This document shows positions 47,284-57,020 of a stretch of 64,000 bases of DNA, one piece after another (the stretch's first letter is position 1; each line of letters opens with the position of its first letter). The position numbers and the translations under genes are program-made. The notes beneath the pieces were generated by a model. The model saw only the letters and a list, made by a program, of their open reading frames with translations. It ran no database searches and was not told the origin of the DNA. The stretch comes from Chthoniobacteraceae bacterium. GTDB taxonomy: Bacteria > Verrucomicrobiota > Verrucomicrobiia > Chthoniobacterales > Chthoniobacteraceae. The stretch lies in contig JBBCKI010000029.1 in NCBI GenBank assembly GCA_037190965.1, positions 32,001 through 96,000 of the forward strand, in the 5' to 3' direction.

Positions 47284-48744
47284 ATGATTAACTACGTCTA
47301 CAAAAAGAGAAAGAAAGTTGATGGTAAAACGGTTGCGTCTAAATACTACTATGGCCGTTATCGCTTGGAGGGTGAAACCAAAGTTACTCCTGTGTTTCTT
47401 GGGACCGCTGATAAGCAGGTGGCCAAGAAGCTCCTGAGTGACATAATTGTTGAAAAACAGAAACAGAAAGCCGGGTTAGCTCCGAGTTTCGGAAAAGATT
47501 CTTTGAGTAAGCCCATCGAAGAGCATATCGAGGATTTCGCCACCGATATGAAGGAGAGAGCAAGCGGTATGCATGTCTATACCATGCGGAAGAGGCTTCT
47601 TAAGCTTGCGAAAGAATGCAAATGGAAACATCTTTCAGATGCCACATCCGATTCGTTCGTTTCTTGGCGGTCGGCGCAAACTTTCGCCCCTTCAACGAGA
47701 AATCAGTACCTTGAGTATCTTTGCAGATTCTTTAAGTGGCTGGTTTCCGAAACGAAGCGTTTTCCCAACAATCCCTTTCAGGATTTGGGAAAGGTTGATG
47801 AGAGAAAAAAGGCTCGCGTTAGGAGAGCCTTCAACGATGAGGATTTGCAGAGGGTCTTGGATGTCGCTGGGGAATGGCGGGTTGGTTATCTGGCGGCTGT
47901 TTATACGGGGCTTCGGCGTGGCGAGTTAGCATCTCTTGAATGGAGGCATGTTCATCTTGACGCTGCCTCCCCTTACTTGACGCTTGAAGGGGAGTTCACG
48001 AAAAATGGGGAGCCTGCAAGCCTGCCTCTCCATCCTGATTTGGTTGAACAATTGGATCGAGTCAGGCCGCTGGAGGCTTCGCCATCGGAAAAGATCTTCT
48101 CCAAGAGGACTTTGCCGACCATTTACATGCTCAAAAGGCATCTCCAAAAGGCGGGGATTCCATTTAAGGATGAATCAGGCAGGCAGCTCGATTTTCACTC
48201 CTTGAGATACACGTTAGCAACCAACCTTTCGTTAGGCAACGTTGCCCCGCGTATTGCAATGGAGATGATGCGCCACAAGGACATTCATCTGACGATGAAC
48301 ACCTACACGGACTCCAGCCGTTTGGAGCTTCACGGAGCAATCAAAGCTCTCCCATCGTTCTCCTTGCCCGCCGCAACCTCGAGGAAAAAGGGAGGTGGTG
48401 AGGTGACACAGATGGAGGCACAATCTCCAGACTCTGATGGTCAAGAGCTGGCACAACCTGTCGCGGGAGGGTCTTCGGGCCTTCCCGCCCATTCCCCTGA
48501 AACTGAGGGCTTTAGGCGTGAACTGACGCTGCTTGACATCGCCCGTCACGAAGAGGGGTTGGCTGCCTTACTAGGACTCGAACCTAGACAAACAGATCCA
48601 GAATCTGCAGTGCTACCATTACACCATAAGGCAAGGTGGGATCCGCTTTTCCGTGCGGGAGTGGAGTATCTAGACGGAAAAGAGGGTTGGCGCAATAGAA
48701 AATCGCTCGGGATGGGGCGAAAATGTTGGAGGTCAGGCTCTTAG
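47284..48744 (+). CDS. Tyrosine integrase; the ORF runs through the att core and antisense across the tRNA
   Basis: R (TGLRRGEL), K (TKNG), HxxR (FHSLR), H (MRH), Y (TMNTYT). Confidence 0.93.
   Translation: MINYVYKKRKKVDGKTVASKYYYGRYRLEGETKVTPVFLGTADKQVAKKLLSDIIVEKQKQKAGLAPSFGKDSLSKPIEEHIEDFATDMKERASGMHVYTMRKRLLKLAKECKWKHLSDATSDSFVSWRSAQTFAPSTRNQYLEYLCRFFKWLVSETKRFPNNPFQDLGKVDERKKARVRRAFNDEDLQRVLDVAGEWRVGYLAAVYTGLRRGELASLEWRHVHLDAASPYLTLEGEFTKNGEPASLPLHPDLVEQLDRVRPLEASPSEKIFSKRTLPTIYMLKRHLQKAGIPFKDESGRQLDFHSLRYTLATNLSLGNVAPRIAMEMMRHKDIHLTMNTYTDSSRLELHGAIKALPSFSLPAATSRKKGGGEVTQMEAQSPDSDGQELAQPVAGGSSGLPAHSPETEGFRRELTLLDIARHEEGLAALLGLEPRQTDPESAVLPLHHKARWDPLFRAGVEYLDGKEGWRNRKSLGMGRKCWRSGS
48560..48633 (-). 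tRNA. tRNA-Gln (anticodon CTG)
   Basis: TGCCTTA/TAAGGCA acceptor stem; GCAGA-TTCTGGA-TCTGT anticodon arm; GTTCGAG T-loop; encoded CCA; 74 nt. Confidence 0.96.
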
Positions 48745-48750
48745 GGGGTG

Positions 48751-49488
48751 TTATTTCCCAAGCGGGCGGCTGACGTTGGCGTCTGCGGGGGGGATGAACT
48801 CAAAGGTGGCGGCGGGGAGGTCGGTGCGACGCGGGTTGGCGTAGACGGTGCTGACGCGGTCGCCTTTGGGCATTTGAAAGTCGGTTCGGGTGACGTTGAG
48901 GTCGGCGTCGAGGATGACGGTGAGCTGCTGGACGATTCGCTTGAGATTGCTTTTCTTGGGCGTGAGCGTGACCCGATAGCCGGGGTTTTCGTGGGCGACG
49001 TCGAGATTGTAGAAGGCTTCCACTTTACCGAAGTTCAGCCCGGCGGTGAGGGCGGCCATGGCGTCGTCGAACATGGCGCGGTGGCCCAAGGTGTAGAGTT
49101 CCGCTTCCTTGAAGTTCGGGTAATACAGCCACAGGACGCTTCCGTTGCTGACGGTGAGGCTCGGGCTGGAGCCGGTGACTTCGCGGCGGAATTTGTTGGG
49201 CGCATGGAACGCGATGGTGCCGGCGCTGGAGACGGGCTTCTTGAGGAGCCGGGAGGTGCGCTCCTCGGTGAAATTGGCCTGGAGGGAGGGGTGCTTCGCT
49301 TTGATCGATTCCAAGCGTTCCAGAAGCGCGGCGCGCTCGGGGGCGGTGAGGGTTTGGGCGGAAGCGCTCGGACCGGACGCCGCCAGGAGGGCTGCGGCGA
49401 CAAGGGCGTTGCAGGCGCTGAGCGCGGAGAGGGCTCGGCGCAGGAGTGGGAAGCGGGGGGCGAAGGCGGGATGGCTAGGACGTTTCAT
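48751..49488 (-). CDS. LolA-like outer-membrane lipoprotein carrier protein
   Basis: Signal peptide; LQANFTEER..GTIAFHAPNKFRRE..SNG..LWLY.P. Confidence 0.85.
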   Translation of the reverse strand: MKRPSHPAFAPRFPLLRRALSALSACNALVAAALLAASGPSASAQTLTAPERAALLERLESIKAKHPSLQANFTEERTSRLLKKPVSSAGTIAFHAPNKFRREVTGSSPSLTVSNGSVLWLYYPNFKEAELYTLGHRAMFDDAMAALTAGLNFGKVEAFYNLDVAHENPGYRVTLTPKKSNLKRIVQQLTVILDADLNVTRTDFQMPKGDRVSTVYANPRRTDLPAATFEFIPPADANVSRPLGK

Positions 49489-50413
49489 TTTTCCAGATGG
49501 GGACGTAGTTGAACCATTGGTCGGGATGCGGGCGGATGATCTTCTCGAAAGCAGTCGCGATGTGTTGCGTATTTCGCGTGAGGCTCTCGCGGCGGTCGGC
49601 CATCGGCTCCAGCGCAATGGCGGGTTCGGCAAAGGCATGATAGCGACCGCTTGGGTTCTGCAGGACGAAGGCGGGGATGATGGCGGCTCCGGTGTGCTGC
49701 CATAAAAGAACCGGCGCGGTGGAGAAGGTGGTCTCGCGGTCGAAGAATTCGACGGGCGATCCGGTTTCGGCATAAGGACGGTCCACCAGCATGCAGACGA
49801 TTTCGTTGCGGCGTAGCGCGGCGATCATCTCCACAAACGCGAATTTGTTCTCCCCGACGGCAATGGTGCGGATGCCGAGCCGCTTCCGGTATTCGTCGCG
49901 CGTGCGCGTCAGCTCGCCGGTCGGCTCTTCCAAGGTGACGACATTGATGGGCCAGCCGTCGAGCGCCAGCAGGGTGCCTCCCAATTCCCAATTGCCAAGG
50001 TGCGCGGTGATCAGGACGACGCCCTTCCCCAGCGCCAGCGCGGCCCGCAGATTATCGATGCCGCGCCATTCATCGAGGAGCGCGCGGATGTCGTTGGGCT
50101 GGGCGGCGGTGCAGTAAAAGTAATCGGCCAGCATGCGGCCGAAATTGCGGAAGTTGTCGCGGCAGAGCCGGTTCAGCGTGGCGTTGTCGGCTTGTTCGTT
50201 TGGCGGTTCGGTTTGTTTTGTTCCTTCTGCCTCGCGCGACGCCATGACGCACTGGAGGTTTTGCCGAAGGGCGATGCGTGAGCCGGTATTGGTGAAATAA
50301 CTGGCTAGCCCCAGAAGGCTGCCAATCGCGCGGCAAAGCGGGCGCGGCAGGAGACGCGCGAGGGTGTACCCAAGCCGAAAGCCGCTGTCGCTATATCCCG
50401 GGTGGCGCTTCAT
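49475..50413 (-). CDS. LpxL/HtrB-like lysophospholipid acyltransferase
   Basis: TAHLGNWE (HX4E), LVDR, HPDQWF. Confidence 0.9.
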   Translation of the reverse strand: MKRHPGYSDSGFRLGYTLARLLPRPLCRAIGSLLGLASYFTNTGSRIALRQNLQCVMASREAEGTKQTEPPNEQADNATLNRLCRDNFRNFGRMLADYFYCTAAQPNDIRALLDEWRGIDNLRAALALGKGVVLITAHLGNWELGGTLLALDGWPINVVTLEEPTGELTRTRDEYRKRLGIRTIAVGENKFAFVEMIAALRRNEIVCMLVDRPYAETGSPVEFFDRETTFSTAPVLLWQHTGAAIIPAFVLQNPSGRYHAFAEPAIALEPMADRRESLTRNTQHIATAFEKIIRPHPDQWFNYVPIWKNETS

Positions 50414-52893
50414 CGGCTGCCCCTCCAAAGGTATGCCGGAAGAATAAAGACGAGCGTGGAGATCAGGCACGAGGTTACTCCCAGAGCACAAACCAGGCCG
50501 AGACTGGAGAGGGCGGGGTGCGTCGCAAAACCGAGGGAGGCAAACCCGGCGATGGTGGTCAACCCGCTCAGGAGCACCGGTTTGATGACGACGGCGAGCG
50601 CCTTCGGGCCGCCACGCTCGCGCACGCCGAGAATGGTGTAAATGCCGTAGTCGACCCCCACCCCCAGGACGAGCGGGAAGGCGAGGACGTTGAAGAGATT
50701 GAGGCTTAATCCCGTGAGCTTAAGCCCCGCAATCATTGCGCCGACACTCAACGCAAGGCTCAGGAGCAGCACCAGAAGTGGCGCAACGGCCCGATAAAGA
50801 AAGGCGAGCACAATGACGATGAAGAGCACCATCACCACGCTAAGGTTCCGCAGCTTGGTTTTGGACCACGGCACGAGATCCGCCATCACGTAGCTCCACC
50901 CGGTAAAGCTCGCATTGACCCCGGGCGCTTCCAGCGCTTCACGAAGTTGCCGCTGGTCGAGTTCCGAAGAAATTGTTTGGTTTGGCGTGATGTAGGCGAG
51001 GCCAACGTTCGGGGTTTCGGAAAGGAAGCGGTCGAGGATGAAAATCCAGCTCGATGCTTCGGGGAGCGTTTGACGCCAGTTCGCGGGGGTGCGGTCGCCC
51101 CGGCTCAAGGTTTCGAGCGAGTCGATCAACCCGAACGCGCCTTGGAACGACTGCGGGTCAAAGCCCTCCCGGTCGAGCGATTCGCTTAACGCCTTCCTTG
51201 CCGGGGCGAAGTCAAACCCGTTGAGGCTGGCAGCGTTGGTTTCCAGCCGCTCGGGAGCGAGCGCGAAGGCGGCGGGAGAGGTGATGTTCTTGATTTCGCC
51301 CTTCTCCTTGGCGGCCAGCCAGCGTTCCTGCGCTTTGGCCCAGCGATCGTAAAAGTCCCCAGCGTCCTTGCCTTCGATGATTGCGAGCACCGGTTCCACT
51401 TCCGCCGCCGGGAGTTTCGAGGTGATCTTGCGGAGCGCGAAACCGGCGCGGCTGTCGGCCGGCTCCAGCGATTTTGGATTTGCTTCGATCCGGATTTTCC
51501 CAAACGGCGAAAACGCAAAAATATTCAGCGCGATCAACCCCGTCAGCCCGGCGATCGCCACCGGCTTGGCCGATTTGAAAAGTCGGGTGACATACCAGTC
51601 CGTAGCCCCGGCGATGAAGTCACGCTTTCCGACCGTATAATTGCGGCCCAGGAGGGCGAAAAAGACGGTCATCATCAGGAACGCGGCGGTGAGGACGCCG
51701 ATGCCGATCAATGCCCCCAACTGCGCAAACCCGGGCGACTCGCTGAGCGTCAGCGACGCGAAAGACGCCGCCGCCGTGGCCGCCCCAAACAGGATGCCGC
51801 GCCCGAGCAGATTTACGGCGCGAATGGCGGCGGCTTCATGATCTTCACCCTTTTCCCGGGCCGCCTGGTAAGTCCCGAAAAGGAGCATCCCGAAATCGAC
51901 CCCGATGCCGATCATGATCGCGCAGACGCCCATCGTCACCACATTCAAGTGCCCGAAAAGGAGCGTTCCCGCGGCCACCGCGACAAGGCAGCAGAGCAGC
52001 AGGACATGGACAATGGCAAAAAGCGGGCGGATCCTGCGGAAGCCAAGATAAAAAATACACGCCACCAACGCCACCGATCCGGCGATGGTGGAAATAATAT
52101 CGCCTTTCATGCTGAGCGACATTTCGCTCACGTAAGGGGTTCGCCCCGTGACGAGGATTTCCGGCGCCGGGCCTTCCCAGGAGGCGAGCACCCGGGCCTT
52201 GAACGCTTCGACCGTGCGCATCATCTCCTGGCAGGCATCGGCGTCCAGGTTCTCCTGGCGCACCACGGCGATGGCCACCCGCAATGTCCCGTCCGGGGAG
52301 GCGAAGGGGCGGGTGCTGTTGTCCATGGAGAACGAATTCGCCATTGGCTTGAGCGCGGCGACGACGAGACCGGTTGGATCGAAATTCAACTCCATCTCCG
52401 CCTTGATGGAGCCAGCCTCGATCTCGGCCCGCTTGCGGGTGAGCCGTTCCGAGAGGGCGCTCGGTTGCAGTTTCTCCAGCGCCTTGGAGAAGTCCTCCGG
52501 CGGGAGGTTGAGCAGCAGCGGGACGGCCAGCTTTTGCACTTCGGCAATCCCTTCCGCCGACTCCATTGGCACGCGGTCCATCACGCGGACCACCCACGGT
52601 TCCTTCCTCAATGCCTCTCCGAAATGCTCGGCAAAACCGTCGAGATCGGACGCGCCTTCTTCATCCCAGAGCGCGAAGGTCAGTTCATGCGCCTGGGAGA
52701 AGTTGCGGTCGAAGATCTTGAGCCCCTGCACCGAGTCGAACCGCTGGGGCAGAAGGTTAAGGATGTCGGAATCGAGGCGCGCGCGCAGTACGATCACCGC
52801 AACGCAGATCAGGGCGAGGAGGGCGGCAATCGCGGCCGTTCGTAACGGGTAACGGACGGCGAGGCGGGCTAGGCGTGTTTCCGGCTTCATCAT
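50410..52893 (-). CDS. MMPL-family (RND) lipid exporter
   Basis: GIGVDFG and GVGVDYG in duplicated halves; LSGLTTIAGF. Confidence 0.9.
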   Translation of the reverse strand: MMKPETRLARLAVRYPLRTAAIAALLALICVAVIVLRARLDSDILNLLPQRFDSVQGLKIFDRNFSQAHELTFALWDEEGASDLDGFAEHFGEALRKEPWVVRVMDRVPMESAEGIAEVQKLAVPLLLNLPPEDFSKALEKLQPSALSERLTRKRAEIEAGSIKAEMELNFDPTGLVVAALKPMANSFSMDNSTRPFASPDGTLRVAIAVVRQENLDADACQEMMRTVEAFKARVLASWEGPAPEILVTGRTPYVSEMSLSMKGDIISTIAGSVALVACIFYLGFRRIRPLFAIVHVLLLCCLVAVAAGTLLFGHLNVVTMGVCAIMIGIGVDFGMLLFGTYQAAREKGEDHEAAAIRAVNLLGRGILFGAATAAASFASLTLSESPGFAQLGALIGIGVLTAAFLMMTVFFALLGRNYTVGKRDFIAGATDWYVTRLFKSAKPVAIAGLTGLIALNIFAFSPFGKIRIEANPKSLEPADSRAGFALRKITSKLPAAEVEPVLAIIEGKDAGDFYDRWAKAQERWLAAKEKGEIKNITSPAAFALAPERLETNAASLNGFDFAPARKALSESLDREGFDPQSFQGAFGLIDSLETLSRGDRTPANWRQTLPEASSWIFILDRFLSETPNVGLAYITPNQTISSELDQRQLREALEAPGVNASFTGWSYVMADLVPWSKTKLRNLSVVMVLFIVIVLAFLYRAVAPLLVLLLSLALSVGAMIAGLKLTGLSLNLFNVLAFPLVLGVGVDYGIYTILGVRERGGPKALAVVIKPVLLSGLTTIAGFASLGFATHPALSSLGLVCALGVTSCLISTLVFILPAYLWRGSR

Positions 52894-52980
52894 GCGAAGG
52901 GCACAATGAGCCTTAAAACGGGCTTGCTGTCACGGGTTTGTACTGAAGTAAATGGGGGAAAGTGGAATTGGCCGCTGCAA

Positions 52981-53514
52981 TCACTTTGCAAAAACGAACA
53001 CGAAGCGTTCGTGGGTCTTTGGGTAATCGACCGTTACACGGTGGCCAGTTCCTGCTCGTTCGCTTCGGGCCGTCCAGCGCAGGGGCGCTCCTGCTGAGGA
53101 TTCCGCTCTCGGGTTTGCATCAAGAGCCGCGAATGCCTCGCGCAAAGACATCCAGGAAGAAAGCCGGCCGGCCCGCATGGGATTGCCAGACCAGCTTCCC
53201 CGGGCAAAAAGCCCCTCGGCCCGAGCCAGGTTTTCCGACTCCCGCAGGCTCATGAGCGGCAGCCCGGGGCCGGCGACGAAATCGAGCTGGAAATTGCGGG
53301 CGCCGTCACGGCTCACAACGGCCTCCCCGATCACGGCTCTTTGTGGCGTGGCATAGCGAAGCTGGCCGACCGAGGTTTTCCATCCGGGACCGGGCGAGGG
53401 GAAGCTGGAAGCTGCCGCACCGGAGCGCGGTGCCTGACAGCCGGTTTGCAAGGCCAGCAGCGCAACGGCTCCGGCGTACAGAATAAGACGAGGCAATGAT
53501 TTCATGGAGGGCAT
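52981..53514 (-). CDS. Hypothetical lipoprotein
   Basis: Lipobox-like LQTGC after a hydrophobic stretch; TAATG overlap with the upstream gene. Confidence 0.7.
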   Translation of the reverse strand: MPSMKSLPRLILYAGAVALLALQTGCQAPRSGAAASSFPSPGPGWKTSVGQLRYATPQRAVIGEAVVSRDGARNFQLDFVAGPGLPLMSLRESENLARAEGLFARGSWSGNPMRAGRLSSWMSLREAFAALDANPRAESSAGAPLRWTARSERAGTGHRVTVDYPKTHERFVFVFAK

Positions 53515-54794
53515 TATTTCGTGGAAGCCAGCGGCATTGGCCGCTGGGGCGGCCCCGGGGTCAAATCGAGCCGGGGGCAGAGAGCGAAGCGTTTTTGAAG
53601 TTTGACGACGAGGTAGAAAAGCTCCATCCGCCATTTGACGGCCCAGGAAGCCCCCAGATTGCCCGCCAGCACGGAGTTGATCGCCTGCGGCAATTTCAAC
53701 CGGCGTTCGGGACGGATGAACACTTCGATAAATTCCGGGCAATACCATGCCGTCACGAACCGGAGGTAAAGATCCATGACGCCGTGAAGCTTCTTTTCAT
53801 ATTTTGCGAAAGCCTTCGGGCCGCGGTGAGGAGTCGAGAGCGCGATTTCCACTGCCTCGGCGGCTTGTTCGCCGGAAATGAGCGCCATGAAGACGCCGGT
53901 GCTGAAGACCGGGTCAATAAACCCTGCGGCGTCGCCTGCCAGAAGCCAGCGTTCCCCGGTCAGGCGGGTGTTGCGGTACGAGTAATCGCCCGCGGCATAA
54001 ACCTGTGAGGCACGGGTGGCGCGGCTCATCCGCTCCATGATGACCGGTTGCTCCACGATCGCCTGCTCCAGGAATTGTTCCGGCGGCTGCTTGAAGCGTT
54101 TGAAGTCGGCCGTGTCCATGACGAGGCCGATGCTCATCCTCGTTTCCGTCAGCGGGATCATCCAGAACCAGCGATCCTTGGCGCGGATGATCCGGATGAG
54201 GGTGCCATCGACGCCCGGTTCCCGGTCCACATCCTCGTAGTGGGCATACACCGCGAATTTCTGAAGGTGCGGGTAGGTCTTCTTCAGGCCGAACTGCGTC
54301 CCCAGGAGCGAGTTGCGCCCCGTGGCGTCGATAACGAACCGCGCGCGCACCGTTTCCCCGCCCGCCAGCTTCACGGTCGCTCCCTCCGGGTCGAAATCGG
54401 CCCGTTCCACCTGCACTTCTTCGCGCACTTCCGCGCCGTTTTCGACGGCATGGTCGAGGAGGATTTTGTCGAACTCCGAGCGCGTCACCTGATAGGCTGT
54501 GGGGTGGGGCACCTGCAGTCCCTCGCGGAAATAGAACTTGAGGTTGTGCGAGCCGCAGGAAGTCGCGATCTCCGCCCCGTGTTTGATGATAAAGCGCGCG
54601 TTGAGTTTCTCGCGCACGCCAAGCCGGTCGAAGGTCTCCGTGCTGAAAGGGAGGAGCGACTCCCCAATCTTGAACCGGGGAAACTTCTCACGCTCAAGAA
54701 CGAGGACTTTTCGGCCGCCGCGCGCAAGCAGGGTCGCTGCCGCGCTGCCCGCCGGGCCGCCGCCAAGAATGACCGTATCGTAGACTGTTTCCAT
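53514..54794 (-). CDS. Flavin-dependent halogenase-family oxidoreductase
   Basis: GGGPAG, KIGESLLP, FIIKHGA, WFWMIP (WxWxIP), GDAAGFIDPVFSTG. Confidence 0.82.
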   Translation of the reverse strand: METVYDTVILGGGPAGSAAATLLARGGRKVLVLEREKFPRFKIGESLLPFSTETFDRLGVREKLNARFIIKHGAEIATSCGSHNLKFYFREGLQVPHPTAYQVTRSEFDKILLDHAVENGAEVREEVQVERADFDPEGATVKLAGGETVRARFVIDATGRNSLLGTQFGLKKTYPHLQKFAVYAHYEDVDREPGVDGTLIRIIRAKDRWFWMIPLTETRMSIGLVMDTADFKRFKQPPEQFLEQAIVEQPVIMERMSRATRASQVYAAGDYSYRNTRLTGERWLLAGDAAGFIDPVFSTGVFMALISGEQAAEAVEIALSTPHRGPKAFAKYEKKLHGVMDLYLRFVTAWYCPEFIEVFIRPERRLKLPQAINSVLAGNLGASWAVKWRMELFYLVVKLQKRFALCPRLDLTPGPPQRPMPLASTK

Positions 54795-54901
54795 GGAGGG
54801 GAAGGAAATAGCACATCCCCGGGCAGTTGGAACAGTCTAATGGTGAGGGAGCGGCGGGTGAGGGGATGGTGAAGGAATGGAGAGGGGGAACTAAGAAGCC
54901 G

Positions 54902-55522
54902 TTAGGAAGCCCTCTTACCGATCTGCTTCTGCATTTTCGCCATGCACTTCGGGCAGATGCCGTGGGTGAAGTCGGTTCCGACTTCGGTGTGGATATACTC
55001 TTCGATCTGGTGCCAGTAATCCTGGTCGTCCCGGATGCTCTTGCAGTACATGCAGATTGGGAGCAGTTCCTTGAGCTTGCGCACGTCGGCAAGGGCGGCC
55101 TCCAGGTCCGCGACTTTCCTGGCCAGCGTGCGTTCCAGATCGACGACACGCTGGCCGACCTTGAGGCGGGCCCGGAGTTCGTCCGGATCAAACGGTTTGA
55201 TGACGTAATCGTCCGCCCCGGCTTCCAGCCCGGCGGCGACTTCCTCCTTCTGGCTCTTGGCCGTCAGCAGGAGAAGGTAGACGTAAGGGCGGTCCTTGCG
55301 GGCGCGCACCCGCTGGCAGACTTCCACGCCGTCCACCTTCGGCATCATCCAGTCGAGAATGGCGATGGGAGGGGCGTCGTCGGAATCGAGAATTTTAAAC
55401 GCGGCTTCTCCGTCTTCGGCACTCACGACACTAAAACCCCAGTTGCTGAGATTCCGTTCAAGAAGGTGCCTGGAGACGTAATGGTCTTCTGCAATCAGGA
55501 TTCGGTTGGCATCCGCGCTCAT
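54902..55522 (-). CDS. Response regulator with C-terminal Cys-rich domain
   Basis: Receiver ILIAED..LDWMMP..KPF; CMYCK..HGICPKC. Confidence 0.88.
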   Translation of the reverse strand: MSADANRILIAEDHYVSRHLLERNLSNWGFSVVSAEDGEAAFKILDSDDAPPIAILDWMMPKVDGVEVCQRVRARKDRPYVYLLLLTAKSQKEEVAAGLEAGADDYVIKPFDPDELRARLKVGQRVVDLERTLARKVADLEAALADVRKLKELLPICMYCKSIRDDQDYWHQIEEYIHTEVGTDFTHGICPKCMAKMQKQIGKRAS

Positions 55523-55658
55523 CACCAATGGCAACTGTGCACTACTCCTTTCTTTTTCGCAAGCGTCCTGCATCACGGGCGCGTCGATTTCCTTGGGAAG
55601 GCGCTTTCGGCTTTGCGTTTTCCTGTGAATTGTTTTTTTCTTCCAAGAGAGCACTCTC

Positions 55659-56960
55659 ATGAAAGTTTCCGACCTGCGTGGCATTTTGCAGTATATCCCC
55701 CGGTTTCGGGAGAAGATCTTCGTGGTCGCTCTCGACGGCGACGTCGTGGCCTCCAGAAATTTCGGAAATATCCTCCTGGATCTCGCCGTGCTCCGGTCCC
55801 TGAACATCAAGGTTATCCTCGTGCATGGAGCCGCCTATCAGATCGAACGGCTGGCCGAGGAGCGGGGAGTGACCATCAGCAATTCCGACGGCACCGGGCC
55901 TACCGATGAGGCCACGCTGAGCCTGAGCATCGACGCCGGGATCCGCATCACCAACGAGATCATGCAGGGGCTCACCTCCGTGGATTTGCGTGCGGCTTAC
56001 GCCAACGTCATCATCTCGCACCCGTTCGGCATCCGGGGCGGCATCGATTTCCTGCACACCGGCAAGGTGGAGCGGGTGGACACGCAGTCGCTGCGGCTTT
56101 TTCTCGACGAGGGGATCATTCCCGTCATCCCTCCCATGGGGTTCGACGGCGAGGGGAAGACCTTCCGGGTCAACTCCGACAGCATCGCCTTCGAGGTCGC
56201 CGAGGCCGTGCGCGCGATGAAGATCATTTACCTGATGGCCGACGACGGCCTCTGCGTCAACGGGGAGGTCGTCCGGGAACTTTCCATCGACGCCGCCGAA
56301 GAGGTGCTCAAACGGCGCAAGCTTCCCCCGAATCTTGCCTCCAAGATCGACCAGGGCGCGCGCGCCTGCCGCAACAGCATCCCCCGGGTCCATTTGCTGA
56401 ACGGGCTCCTCAACGAGGCGCTCCTGAGCGAAGTTTTTAGCCACGACGGCATCGGCACGATGATCTACTCCAACGATTATCAGCAGATCCGGCGGGTTTT
56501 CAAAAAGGATGTCCGCGCCGTCATGGGCCTCATCAGGCAGAGCGTCAACAACGAGGAACTGATCCGCCGCACCCGGGCCGATATTCTGGCCCGGATTGAC
56601 GATTACTGGGTGCTGGAAATCGATCGCACCCTGGTCGGCTGCGTCGCCCTGCACTGTTACGAGGAGGATAAAATGGCTGAGCTGGCCTGTCTCTACGTCA
56701 GCAAGAACAGCGAGGGGCAGGGGTACGGGCGAAAATTGATGGCGTTTGCCGAAAAGCGCGCGGCGGAGAAAGGGATGGAGAAAATCTTCGCCCTCTCCAC
56801 CCAGGCATTTGCTTATTTTCAGCAAAAAGGAGGGTATCACGAGGTGCCGCCCCACATGCTTCCCGTCGAACGGAGGGAAAAATACCTGGTGAGTAACCGG
56901 AATTCCAAGATCCTGATGAAAGAGGTGCGGGTGCTCTCCAAGGTGCCGAAGATCGGGTAG
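55659..56960 (+). CDS. argA: Amino-acid N-acetyltransferase (kinase-like + GNAT)
   Basis: YIPRFR.K.FVV, LVHG, EVFSHDGIGTM, AELACLYV, RNSKIL. Confidence 0.92.
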   Translation: MKVSDLRGILQYIPRFREKIFVVALDGDVVASRNFGNILLDLAVLRSLNIKVILVHGAAYQIERLAEERGVTISNSDGTGPTDEATLSLSIDAGIRITNEIMQGLTSVDLRAAYANVIISHPFGIRGGIDFLHTGKVERVDTQSLRLFLDEGIIPVIPPMGFDGEGKTFRVNSDSIAFEVAEAVRAMKIIYLMADDGLCVNGEVVRELSIDAAEEVLKRRKLPPNLASKIDQGARACRNSIPRVHLLNGLLNEALLSEVFSHDGIGTMIYSNDYQQIRRVFKKDVRAVMGLIRQSVNNEELIRRTRADILARIDDYWVLEIDRTLVGCVALHCYEEDKMAELACLYVSKNSEGQGYGRKLMAFAEKRAAEKGMEKIFALSTQAFAYFQQKGGYHEVPPHMLPVERREKYLVSNRNSKILMKEVRVLSKVPKIG

Positions 56961-57020
56961 GGGAGAAAACCGAAAAGCGGAGACCGGAAAGTGGGGAGCG
57001 GTGGGTTCGCCCCGAACTTC

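Larger units (their letters stand above)
36907..48582. mobile_element. tRNA-Gln-integrated element (11,652-bp excisable unit)
   Basis: Perfect 24-bp direct repeat TTGGCTGCCTTACTAGGACTCGAA at both ends; integrase and AlpA next to the tRNA; visibly AT-richer than the flanks. Confidence 0.93.

Noticed and set aside
36907..48582. Prophage or ICE
   Set aside because: No recognisable structural, terminase, lysis, relaxase or T4SS genes
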